From: Klebsormidium nitens
Taxonomy: Eukaryota > Plantae > Klebsormidiophyceae
Direction of reading: 5' to 3'
Assembly (NCBI GenBank): GCA_000708835.1
Contig: DF236953.1
Span: 234,990-298,989 of the forward strand
Length of the DNA: 64,000 nucleotides
Shown here piece by piece: positions 49,355-61,533 of this stretch. The translations under genes were made by a program, and so were the position numbers. Each line of letters opens with the position of its first letter. The first letter of the stretch is position 1. The notes below the pieces were generated by a model, which worked only from the letters and a program-made list of their open reading frames with translations, was not told the origin of the DNA and searched no databases.

Positions 49355-49656
49355 AGACCGCAGAGCTCTCAAGTTGTCGGTCATGAATATTATGAAAGCG
49401 TTCTGGTAGCGATTTTCAGATAAGTCTTAGGTCCTCCGAGAATGCATTTACTGCTCCTCGGTTCAACATGTTCGTAAGCGCGACTCACCCTCCCAGGATA
49501 CATTAACCGGAGTCTCGCTTTTCTCTTGACCCCGGGTTTCCCTGCTGACATCACTTTGGGCGGGCGCGCGCGCCCTACCGAAGTCGCCCGCTGGCGCCTG
49601 CCGCCACTTCATCATAGTGCCATCGAAGTCGGCTGAGACGAGATAGCAGTGGAGTG

Positions 49657-49720
49657 GCTGCGGAATGGGTGCGAAGGGGTGCGGAACGGCTGCGAAGGGG
49701 TGCGGAACGGCTGCGGAACG
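49657..49720. repeat. Short 21-nt tandem repeat upstream of the kinase-like gene
   Basis: tgcgaaggggtgcggaacggc repeated about 3 times. Confidence 0.75.
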
Positions 49721-52226
49721 TCGAACGACTTCGTGACGTCATAGGGTCCGGATGAGAAGGCGTCCTTGTCGCTTGGACAAGGACCAGCTAAGCACTCCCG
49801 GGCGCCGTGCGCCCAGCCCTTGATTGGCCACTGGAACTTCATGGCGTCTTTACCGCCCCTGCATACTAAGGAGTCTCACAGTTCGCTGTTCTGCGTGTTC
49901 AACTTCCCATCCAACGGAGACGTCCTCGGAAGATTAATTGGAGAGAATATTTGTGATCGTTGATTTACCGCGTCCGTAGAACAATATTTGACGGAAGATT
50001 CCACCCCTGTTTTGGTTCTCAAGTACTGACACAACAGGCAGTGCTTTGTTCACCATTCTGATCTCTGGGCTTTGCCCACTTATCAAACTGGTGATTGTGT
50101 GCCCCTGCCGTAGATCGAGAACGATCAGAATGGTATGGAGACTCATAGCACTCCCCTTTCCTTTTGGTCAGAAACTGCAGGCCCTTAAAAAACCAACAGC
50201 CGTTTTAAACAAGAATAACCCGTGATACAAAGGTTACTGCTGGTCGAGTTACAACTCGGCCTCGCCAGAAGTTCTTAAGATACACCATTTTCGCAGGTGA
50301 AATTTTTCATCGTCCTTGAACAAAGCAACATCAGGAAGCAAACGCACGGATGGACTGTGGACCGACTAACTTGACTCTCTAGCACTTTGTTTATCGTTGT
50401 GGATTTGTTTGACCGCTTTGCCTTCGAGAACTCTTTCCCAAATACCCCAACTGCTTGGCTGAAAATCCGTGATTTCGTCCCTCCACATCCTTGCTAGAAC
50501 CGGGAAACTTCCAGAAGACCCGTTGCGAATCGCTAAACATACGTCTCAATGCTTCTGGTACTTCCGAGTTCCTCATAACAAAAGCTCCAAACTTCGTGTT
50601 TATGAACAAAACGGAGCATCAACGGGCGAGCTAGCTCTCTCAAAGCCAAGGGATTGCTCATAAGACATCGAATCAGCCATACTCCCAAGTAACCGTCCTT
50701 GACAAGGTTTTCCAGCCATATAGCCGAGTTGCTTTTTCAAGCTCTTAAACAAAGCACAGGTGTTTTACGACTGCAGCTTGGTAGATCCTGCAGAGAATCA
50801 CCTTGCTGAACTTCTCTCATTCAACATATAACCACGGAGTGGCCATGCTTTGCCCATCTTAGAATTGCTGATGCGTTTTCAGGGGCTTTAAATTTTGCAG
50901 CTGGCTTACTTACCCGCACGTGTATGTGGAGTAGAGCGCGACTGCCCCGTTGATCAGCAAGGGCGCCACGCAGATTCCAACTTCGAATCCCTTCTCAACA
51001 AGGCTTTCCAGGACGCCTCCCAAGGCAGCGTTCGCCATACGTTGGAACAAAAGCGCTGTGCTTATACCTGTCAGCTGCAAAAGCAATTTGTCTCATTCCA
51101 ACACAAACTTCTACAGCCCTAGTTTTTCAGAGGTCTAGTCAGCTTGTATGACCTGAGTGCGCCCACTGGCTTACAAATCCTGCAACGTTTCAACAGTACA
51201 CCTGGCTCGTTAGGATCCGTAACTTACTGCCATACCTGCATTTCAAAATCTACAGCTGACTCATCCTAAAAGCTCTAGAAAGCGCCGGCCTTGTTACCTG
51301 CAGGTGCATTACGTTTTGGCCAGCTCCAAGCAAGGAGTGAAATTTGACAGGACCGCGAGGCGGGCGCTAGACGCGCGGCGGCACGCGCGGCCGGCAAAGT
51401 AGCATCGCGGCCGCGTGCGCCGCTGTTGGCCGCGCGGCCGCGAAGAGAAAATGATTTATCAAACTTCGGGCACGTTTCTTACGCACAGTCAACACGGTCA
51501 ACGTCATTCTAGGCGACGGCACTGCACCGCAAAACATTCCGACTTGCAATGATCGAGAGATCCTAAGCCTTGGTTCATTGTTTGGCATCAATACGGTACT
51601 GCCAGCACAAGTCTGATCGCTTCAGCTCGAAAACAGCACATGACGTGGTCGAGCCACTCGAACGTAACGTCTCTGGTAAGGGCGTTTCCCTGCCCCGCAT
51701 CAGGAGCTGTATCTGCTGAAAGGACGCGATGCAAATGGAGGCGCCCAGAGACGTAAGTTGTCCTTCTTCATTCTGCTAAAATCGTCCTTGGTCTTCATCT
51801 CTCGTGAGGAATTCAGCGAGACGTGGCAGCATGCTGGTACCTTACGAGCATGCTTATTGTTTGGCAGGGTGTACTTCGAAGCTGCATATTGTCCTGAATA
51901 GAATTTGAAAGGTGTGCAGGAAGCGGACGTACGGGCTTTTTGCTCCAAAGTCTTCTTCTAGACGTAGTCATGTAGTGCTTATTTCCCAGAATCACCCGTT
52001 AAATGCTTCCACCCAGAGAGTTAATTCAACGATACTGATTGTGCTCGACGGATTTTCCATTTAACAAAGTGTCAGCTGGACGCTTGACAAACAAAGTGAT
52101 CAGTAGCGAGTCCACTAAAGAAGGTAAGATGAATCATCTCTCCAAGGCTTCTTGATGTTTCAAGCTCTGTTACGCATTTCCAACTCCCTAAACTGCATTA
52201 CCACGAATTGCACTTTTGTGCTGCAG

Positions 52227-52913
52227 CAGACCCTTGCGGAGCTTCTTCGTCCTCCCCTGAGCGGAGTGACGTCATCTCTTGTCAGCAATCTCCTCGAGAA
52301 GAACGGTCACCTGCCCCAGGGTTTGTCCGATGTTGCCGCTCAGTGGCTCACGCAACTTCCGCAAGAGAAGCAGGTAATTGCAGATAACGCGTCGATACAG
52401 CCTAGAACCACGAGGAAGTCCAAAAGTGCTGACTATAAATTGGCTTCCCTCGACCTGTTGCCACCCCTTTCAAGCAGGCCTACCAAGTTCCACCAGGCTA
52501 GCATGGCTTGCTCTTTCAAAAGGTACCGGTTGGGTGGCTAACTTTTGAAAGGTGGGTCATGATTTAAGCGAGATGCGCAAAGTTGGCCACCGGAAACAAT
52601 GTCGCCCCAGAAATCCATTTCGGGAAACAAGGGCTCCTTTTTTTCCTGAAATCTAGAAAATCGTGTTCCTTGTGGGCTGTAAGAAGATCAGAAGGTCGTC
52701 ACACTTATTTGGCTCTGAATCTTCGCAGTCCCACTGAGAAAGGTTCCCTCTTCCTTGCATTCGCAGATAGCCGTCTTGCGCGAGCTACTGGGCTGGCAAA
52801 GCTCAGTCGAGAACCCGTCAGGGGCTCTTGTTTACACCATCAAGAAACACGGACATAACTTCACGGGGCTCACGAGCGCCATCAAGCAACGGTTCTTCAG
52901 TGGCAGTGCATAA
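52227..52913 (+). CDS. Small helical-domain protein, paralogue A (5' exons unresolved)
   Basis: Exons 52227-52373 (QTLAELLRPPLS..QWLTQLPQEKQ) and 52767-52913 (IAVLRELLGWQSSVENPSGALVYTIKKHGHNFTGLTSAIKQRFF). Homologous to paralogue B with the same intron position. Confidence 0.6.
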
Positions 52914-54091
52914 AACCATAGCGTATCTGAGCCGCCTGGGAGTCGGAAAGACGAGTTATGAAAGGAAGATACGTCTCAAGGTCGTGAATGCACAACACGA
53001 GCATGTGCCAGTCAGGTTTTGCTGGGCGGAAAAAGTGATGGTCATCTACAGTCTTAATCAGAAGGTTTGCACGTTACGAAGCGCGTAAAACATTTGCAAT
53101 TTCAGCATGATTAACTCAGAGCGATGGCTCCATCATTCATCAAGATCTCCGCGTATCATGAAGTCTTTTATGAAGTCTTCTTATGAAGTCTGTGACACGG
53201 CAGTGCAGAGTTGAACGTCCTAGGGTCGAACATCGGCTTCATGGGGCGTCAATGATTGCTGAGTTCGTTATATTCAGCACGTCTCAAACCGCAAAAGCTC
53301 TCAGGATGCTGGATCAAAAAGAAACGCGATACCTTCCTTATCGCGTTTCATGGTGTTTGGCCGGCCGAGAAAAGCCATGCGCACAGATTGCATCATGGGA
53401 CGGGTCCGGTTATCTGTTTTTTCTAACCAATCACCCGGGTCTGGACAGTAGCTTATAGGGGTGCATCCTACTATGGTCAGTGTGCGAGGCGTGAGGGCGT
53501 GAGGCCTAGGTTGTCGAAAGGCCGCCGCGCGCTCGTCACGTCATGTACGGGCCATCTTTTGTGCAGCCACGTCTGACGTGGCGCACTTACGGCCTCGAAT
53601 AACGCAGAACTTGATGTGACAACGTGAAGTTTGACGATAGGACTAGATCCAACTGGGCTGCTTTCATCTCACCATTCTATCTAAGTACGGTATTGCCTGC
53701 ATGCTTTGACCAGTCCGCATTTCATAGAGGCTTGGTTGCGCCCACATGCACAATCGAATCTTACACGTGGCAGCCGCGATCACGGGTACACGAGCCTCAA
53801 CCAGCAGGGTCCGGAGGCAAAATGCGTCTGTTGGATGTTGAGAGTTCTCGTCGATATTTGAAGACAGGGATGTCAGAAGAGCGCTACGGTAGAGGGATTG
53901 GTCAGGGGCATCCAAATCTTGGGCGCTTCGTAAACCTTTCTGCAGGGGGCGCAGCAGATAGAGACCAGCAATTGAGTCGCATGCTGTAGCGACGGAGGGT
54001 CTTTTCGGCTACCGGCGAACCTTAACTTTTGAGACGCACCGCGCTGCCCGCCATCTCGCTTTAAGCTACGAGCAGTTGAAGAAGCGCCCAT

Positions 54092-55287
54092 ATGGATGCG
54101 AAGGTCCCGGTCCCAGAGGTAAGTGGGTCCAAACTAGATGATCTCTCAAGGCAGGAGTGCGCGCGCAGCTCCCCTTCATGCAAAGCGGTCCCCTCAATTT
54201 CCTCTCTTGTCAGCATGATGGATTGGACAAGCTGACTCAGCTGCTTTGTGGGCGCAGATATCGATCACGACTCAGGGCAGAATGGCAGCGCCAGCTGTTT
54301 TCATCAAAGGAGTGCTTGGGCCCCATATCGAGTGGCTCTGAAGAAAGGATAGACGCGGATTAAAGTACGTGCCTCAATCCTGAGGACTCGCACGCAGATC
54401 ATCTAGCGACCTTCAGGCTCGTTGTTTCGTTTGTGCAGGAGGGGACGCCGTCTCTGGAGGAGCTACTGCGTCCTCCGTTGAGCACCGAGACGAGCAGTGC
54501 CCTTGAAGAGATCCTGAAAAGGAGTCCTTTGGCGAAAGGTTTATATGACGTGGCAAGGCAGTGGCTCACGCAACTCCCCCAGGAGAAGCAGGTGAGTTCG
54601 GAATTGCTGCTGTGGCAATCAGTCGACTTGTATCGAGCTTGGGACTGGACGACATGGCTAGTTCCTTGTGTGGGGGTTCGATTCATATGGTTTTTGCAAA
54701 CCAGTCAATCCGGAACAAGATTGGAAGAACGAGGTCTGCTGCCTAGCACGCTCAACTACAAATCCGACATCATGGAACTTCCCTTGACTTTCGGTTTGAT
54801 TCGGAGCTGGTTAAGCTCAAGTCCCAGGTTCCGTGAACCAAGGCACTTGCGTCCGTTTGTGACAGGGAAAAGGGTGACACTTCAGACAAGCAAGCTCTCG
54901 GCCCTTCTTCGAATCTTGGCAATTCGGTCCTTCCGTGAGGCCATCCCCTTTCGTAAACTGCAGACGGCTGTTCTTCTCATTCTACTCGGATGGAGGCCCC
55001 CGATCCGGAACGTCTCTTCTTCGGCCATATGGATCATGCAGAAGCACTTTGGCGACGACTTTCACGGGCTGACCAGGAGTATAAAGCAACGGTACTATCA
55101 GGCAGCCGCTGAGCCGTGTAGTGGAGAATCGCAGAAGGGAAAGGATATTGAGGGGGAAGAAAAGGCACGACAGGGATCGCGTCCCTGTACCCCAGCGTCA
55201 TCTTGCTCGAATCCTGAACGCTTAATCAAGCGCACCTGGCAGGATAACGAGCGCGGCGGGGGTGCCGCAGTAGATATTATGCAATAG
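54092..55287 (+). CDS. Small helical-domain protein, paralogue B, 3 exons
   Basis: Exons 54092-54118 (MDAKVPVPE), 54439-54591 (EGTPSLEELLRPPLS..QWLTQLPQEKQ) and 54964-55287 (TAVLLILLGWRPPIRNVSSSAIWIMQKHFGDDFHGLTRSIKQRYY). All phase 0, GT-AG. Confidence 0.7.
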
Positions 55288-56510
55288 GAAGCAGCACTAT
55301 GAACCAATCCCTGGTCCAAGTAAACCGTTCAAACTAGAACCTGACAAGAAAGCTGTCACATCATTACTGAGAATTTTGAAATCAGAAGTACATATACGAC
55401 AGACCAGAACGGGCTGAACGACCGGTTCTTGGACAATTCTTTTCCGCAAGCACGACTCTCTTAAGCCGGCACCGAGCACTTACAGAAATCTGCAGGCCCT
55501 AGCGCGTGCGCCTTAAACTTAGCCGCTCACACGTTTTAGGTTGTTGGGATTCATTACGCATCCAATAATTAGACGATTGGGCCAATATCTACTGTTCATT
55601 TGCACTCGCTTGCTGAGGCAGGCAATCCTGGCATGATATTAGAACTATCCTGGGAAGTGTTTCGGCCGGGCACTGGGCGTCTGCATGTTGGAACTGCTTG
55701 TATACGGGAAGAGCATGCATCAGCACTTATTGAGCAGGCCGGATATGTTATTGAGTTCTTGGCACGAATCCGACGTCGATCTGGCAGGCCAGCGCTGGCA
55801 GCGCAGTCGCGAGCACTAGTGGCGGCCATGCTCGAGTTGGGCCAGCGCTGGTTGTAATTCTCTTAATGAAGGTCTTGAAGTCAATGATTACTAGTGGGCG
55901 CCGCATACATACATCGGACGTTGGCTACTGGGGTAAGGCCCAATTAACAAACGCATACAGGCCGCCAAAATGTAACTCCGCCGAGACAAGTTGCAAGTCT
56001 CCACATAAATATGCCCTAGGCGCAAACATATCACTCCACTGTGCGTCCACTCAACCAATGATTATCGGCATGCTTTCATGAGCCTGCTCAGAGTAGTAAG
56101 TCGACGCGCGCACATGCGGCTACAGAATGACAATCACAACAGCTCAAGCTGGAGGCCAAGAAAAGGATCCGATCATCCGTTAAAGGCACATACCGTCATC
56201 AAAACTCCAATCATCATTCTCAGCTACCAGGATGTATTTTGATGCAGTCGCTAAGAGACAAAAGTACTGAGAAATATGTTTTGGTCAAAAGGAAGCTGTA
56301 CGACTCACTCGACTTTCCGTAAAAGACAGTCCTTTATTTCACATCACGGCATTGAGCTTTACACACCTTTCATTACCCTGCTTCCGGTAAATGCGCGCGC
56401 AAATGAATCACTATAGGCGTCTAATGGCAAGTCAACCTACGTTCGCAACCGTCCGTCGCAACCGCGCAGTGCCGTCGCTTCTCGCGCAACGCTGGTCATG
56501 GCCATGTTCC

Positions 56511-59500
56511 CTACACTACGGACTCTGGAGCCGCTGAGTGCTTGAGCCCCACCATCTCCTCGCCGTTATTCTTCCAAAGCTTCACGACGCCTTTCCGCCA
56601 CGCAGGGACCACAAAGATCACACTCAGAATCCGAAACACGGCCATGAATATCCCCTCAAAGATGACCGAAAAGAGCGACGGCTGCGGCATCGCCCCAAAC
56701 CCTAAAACCCGGAACCAGTATGCGCCGTAGCGCGTGGTGATCGCGAAGCGGCCCATCTTGAGCGACTTGATCCCCTCGGAAACGGCCTTTGCCGGCGACT
56801 GGTACGTCACGGCGCCGCGCTTCCCGAGCCCGGCGCGCATCACGTCGCTGTAGTTGCTCGTCTTCAGGAAAGAGAGAACCCAATCAAGTTTCGGGTTTTG
56901 GATCCATTCTGCTGAGAAGGGACTGTCTGCTGCTACAATCAAAACGATTGGCTGCTGCACTCATTCTCTGCAACGGGATTTTGCCATCGCAGGTTCCATC
57001 CGAAACCTGGTCGGCACCTGCCCAGCGACTCAAAATCCACAAAGCTTCCATAAATCACGAAACTCTGCTACGCATGGCGCCACGAGGGCGCCACCCCCCT
57101 CTCGAACTGGCCCATCTTGTCCACATTGAGCGGTCGAATGATTCAGACAGCAAAACGGACCTAAAAGCATTAGACAGACCAGCAGTTGGGACCCTCGGAA
57201 AAAAACCCCTTCTTCTTTCTGTTTTCTTTGTCATCCTTCTGAAGAGCAGGAGGACGCCGTCAAAACCAGGGGACTATAGCCTCTTCATTCGTGGCAGCCC
57301 GCACGCAAACCGGATCGGACGCAAGAGGAAATGTACCAGAGAAGAAACCAGAAGCCTTGAAGAGAGGCGGAACTTTGAAAAAAGGCAGGAAACAACGGCC
57401 CCAGCCTCCCTATCGCCTGCAAATCCATGGCGCCACAGCTCGGCAGAATGTCAAAAGCACACAGAAAGAGACAGACGAAGGAATTGAAACTAGTGAAGCG
57501 GCTGACCATTGCCTCTTCCACTACTTGGGAAAATTCTGTAACGGCCCTGATACAAGATCAGAAAGTGAACCTTTTGGATACGAGCAAAGAATATCTACCT
57601 ACCTCTTCAACTCCCTGTAGATCTGTGGCGGCCCGGCTGGGGCAGAAGAGCGACACCCGGATGTGCGGGTACGGCCCCAGCTCCACGTGCAGAGTCTCGG
57701 CGAGCGCGCGCACAGCGTACTTGGATGCAGCATAAATCCCGTGCTCGAACGACGGAATGAACGACTCGAGGGCGCCCACCAGAACGATCGAGCGGAATCC
57801 ATCGCTGCCGGGCTTGGTGTCCCTACGGAAACGGAAGAGGTGCTGAGTTTTAGGAAAGGCGGACAACTCCGTGCTCGAGCGACGGAATGTATGATCAGAG
57901 AGCGCCCACCAGGACGATCGAGCAGAATTCGTCGCTGCCGGGCTTGATGTCCCTGCGGAAAGGGAATATGTGCTGAGAATTGGGAAAAAGCGGACCAAGT
58001 CCGTGCTCCAACGACGGAACGAAGGACTCGCGGGCGCCCACCAGAACAATGGAGAGGAATGCGTCGCTGCCAGGCTTGACGTCCCTGCGGAAACGGAGAA
58101 GGGTGCTGAAATTTGAGAAAAGCGGACCGATTCCGTGCTCGAACAACGGAAGAAATGATTCGAGAGCGCCCACCAGGACCACCGAGCGGAATCCGTCGCT
58201 GCGGACATGATGTCTCTTGAGGAAAGGGTGATGAGTTCCCTTAAGAAGCGACGTCGGAAGAACGTTGACTCGAAATTGCGAAGAGAAGGCCTCGGCAAGG
58301 ACCGGCTGAAGAATCAGAAGGAAGCGCCAACGCTTGGTTTTAGGGGCAAGCTTCATAAATACTCGTAGAGGTCGGGCTTTACATTGGGTAGACGAATTCA
58401 GAAGAGGAACCCAAGAGAGGGAACGGAACCAGCAAGAGATGACGAACCCAACCAAAAACTGAAAATAGAGACAAGGGTCGTTGATGAGTCACCCAGAAGG
58501 CCATTGCAGAGAGGGCGTACGGAGCCCCGGGCCTGTAACACTTCGGCCACTGCAAGTTCCAATTTGCTGAATGTAGTGTAACGTGAACATTTTCTGAGTC
58601 AGTCCTCTGACCGTGCTACCGTCATAAGGCGGAGTTCGTTTGTTGAGACCCTTATAAAGTACGATGCAGTTGGCCTGTCTCTAACCCCTCTTTGGATGCA
58701 CATGTCTCGCTTTGCGAGGGCGCCTCAGAATTGAACTCCACACAGGAGAGGAAAAGTTGTGACACATGAAGCAGCCCACTAGGACAGTTACAGGAGCTCT
58801 CCAAGCAATGACATCAGGGCAACTCACTTGATCTTCATCTTGGGCAGCGCCGCCTGAATGGTGTTGAGCGTCCCGACGATGTTGACATCCAGAAGCCGCC
58901 GGGCGGTGGTTGGCGAGTGGGACTCCAACTTCGACACCTGGGCACAGGTAATCTTTCTTTTGGATCTCCTCGTTTTGTGTGTGAATTCTAACAAGACACC
59001 TTCTCTGAAGTCGAGTCAAGAATCTGCAGGTTCAACCTTGCTCCGGAGACTATCCTGACGCCCACCCTCTTCGTCCTGTCCTGGTTGCTTGTCGTTTCGA
59101 TTGCCTACTATGTCCACTAATCTTCCCGCTTCTATCTCAACTCATACAGAGAACAACGTAAGGTGTAGAAAAAGGCCAGGGCAATTGCAAGAACCGATCG
59201 CCTCTTTGAAGGGCGGGTTGATTGACATCTCATATGCTAGAGAGTTTTGCAGCTGCTGAGAATGTGCCACCACTACATATATGAGCATCTTTGGGTGCTC
59301 ACCTTTTTCAGACAAGTATGAAATGCAGTAATGAAAGACGGGTGATCGTAAGAAGAATGTGCAGAACAAGCTGCCCACTTGGACTTTCTGCAAGTTTGTT
59401 CTTGAGACTGTTTTCGTCCGCCACAGTTGTCTCGACGCTTAGACAAATCAGCCCTGAACACACCGTTCTCTAAGCTGGAAGCCGCGCTTTATCCTCCGAT

Positions 59501-60483
59501 CTCTACAAGCGACTCTCAAAGCCCTGAAACTAAAAACCCAATGCAGACTGCCACCAAAAGAAATCAAACAAACGAAGTAGAATATGAAGCACCCCACCTC
59601 GAGCGTTCCTGCATTTGCGATCAGGACGTCAATTGTCCCCCCCACCGCCTCCGCCTCAGCAACTGCCTGGGAGATCCCCTCCTCATCGCTGACATCAGCG
59701 GAGTAAGCAGACACAATGGCCTCCGGTGCAAGGCTCCGAACTCGCTCGGTGGCCGCTTGCAGCCTGGCCTTGTCACGACCAATGAGGGAGATACACCTGG
59801 CGCCGTCTTGTGCGCTCTGGATGGCCCACTCAAGGCCAAGGCCTGGGGTGAAAAGCATAGTGGGGTTTGAATCATGGGCGAAAGTTGGGGCCCTCGAGAT
59901 ACTCTCAGTCCTAAAGTACTGTTCTTTAGTTTCTAAGTTCTGCATACAGGAGGTGCTCCAGGCAAACACTCATTGCCAGATCTCACCCTTCACGTGCTTC
60001 TTTCCCCACTTTTTGTCCAGACCAATGTTATGACCTGCTACAAAAACCTTCTCATTACAAAGTCCATGCGGGTATGCCAATCTAAATTGTAGGGTTTGAG
60101 AAACACCTCTCTAACAACAAACTGACCCCCTGAAGGCTTCGAACGATGCTTGAAAAGGACGCTCAAACCCTGAGCGGTGTTTGAGCACCCAAACATGTCA
60201 ACGAAGGGAGGGCAAGAAGCAAGCAAGGAATGAGGGCACAATTAGCGGTAACCATCATAACCTGGACCTTCCTTTCGTTGACGGAAAAGACATAAAGGGG
60301 TGTCGATTCAGAAGGAGAGGAGAAGATGAGACACCCACCCTTTGACCCGCCAGTCACCAGCACATGCTTGCCAGTGAACGCGAGCGGCTTTGGGTAAAGG
60401 AGCCACGAGAGGACGGCTAGAAGGATTGAGAGAAACGCGCCAAAACTCAATCCAGCGATCATAAAAATTAACCACCAAGGCAT
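56511..60483 (-). CDS. Membrane-anchored short-chain dehydrogenase, 3-ketodihydrosphingosine reductase (KDSR/TSC10)-like; 5 exons, 356 aa
   Basis: Exons 60483-60339, 59842-59598, 58937-58828, 57822-57603, 56861-56511 (1071 nt). N-terminal TM, HVLVTGGSKGLG, IDVLIANAG, VNIVGT, YAASKYAVRALAETLHVEL, C-terminal hydrophobic segment. Confidence 0.8.
57823..58220 (-). repeat. Tandem array of about 135-nt units: SDR exon 4 acceptor plus exon start (3 intronic copies)
   Basis: Copies near 57868-57970, 58001-58100 and 58130-58215 of ttccg(c/t)AG|ggacaccaagcccggcagcgatggattccgctcgatcgttctggtgggcgccctcgag. The proximal copy has an in-frame TGA. Confidence 0.9.
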
Positions 60484-61533
60484 GCTTGCTGCTTGTCAAA
60501 TGCCGAGTCTACTTTATATGTCAGACAGTTCAAACTTCGTTACTGCCTTTTCCACACGAGACTTCTCTGATCATATACGAAAACGTAAGCCCGCTTGTAA
60601 TGACAGTTCAAAACTTTAGCTGTCTTCTAAGATGTTCAGCTTTTGTAGCAAAAGCCCTACAGATTACTCAGAGAAAGTTACAGTTCATCTCCACAACACC
60701 AGTACAACCTACTACGGACAACGCTCTACAAAATGTCCTGCTGTGAGAACCTTGCAGCAACTTCTAAGCGAGTTTGCTCTGTGAGACTGAGGCCTACGCA
60801 TAAAGCTGGCTTGACCACAGAAGTTTTCCCAACTTATCTTCTGTACTTACTGAGAACAGACTGCGCAAACACGGAGCGGGCAAGAAACTTTGCAAGAATA
60901 AGGTAGTCAAGAATTCACATGCAAGAAACTCTGCCTCCTGCAATGTACTTACATACATTTAATAGCTACCTAGGAAGAATTCCTGCATTTTGAAATCAAC
61001 GAGGCACTCCCGCTGTAGACTGTCTTCTCCACAGAACATCCATGGAAACTCTAGGAAAGACTAGAGAATTTCTGAGAAGTCGGAGACTGGCGAAGTCCAA
61101 GGTTGTATCAGCATTCAACACGTGGCGTCAGCAGCAAGCGCCTTGCTGGCAGCCATGGCCATCTGGCCGCGGTCAAGATTAACCACTGGTAACCAGGTCC
61201 TCACCTGGAAGCTGAGATACAGCCGCTGTCTGACTTGAACCCGATTTGTAACCCAAGTCGAAATATGGTCACGTGCATCACGTGAGAGATAGTGCCCAAG
61301 AGTGTGGATCGCTGTGCAGCTTGCAGCCTGAGCAGAATTTCAATCACGTGGAAACGCACCTAGTCCTAGCTGAAGTCTGAAGAGCAGCGCTTCTGCAGCG
61401 ACAGTGCAGGGACATCGTTCAAAGCTGATCCACGAACTCGCGAGCTGCCAGCAATTCTTACCAACAAACAAGTCAAGGTCTTTGTTTGAAGAATCTGCTG
61501 CGCGCAAACATTCAAACCTAAACAGCAAGGATC

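Noticed and set aside
50290-51130. Several short AG-bounded open segments that look exon-like (e.g. LFIVVDLFDRFAFENSFPNTPTAWLKIRDF)
   Set aside because: Could not be joined into a phase-consistent gene and carry no recognisable motif; left unannotated.
51370-51430. GC-rich imperfect hairpin
   Set aside because: Short, mismatched and expected by chance in a GC-rich promoter-like island.
56693-56710. Telomere-like GGGTTTTAGGGTTTGGGG
   Set aside because: Lies in frame inside the last SDR exon (RVLGFG), with only one to two units.
57558-58298. 246-aa ORF, and the 181-aa ORF 23717-24262, extending real exons far into introns
   Set aside because: Produced by the junction-echo repeats switching frames; the spliced models already give complete, correctly phased proteins.
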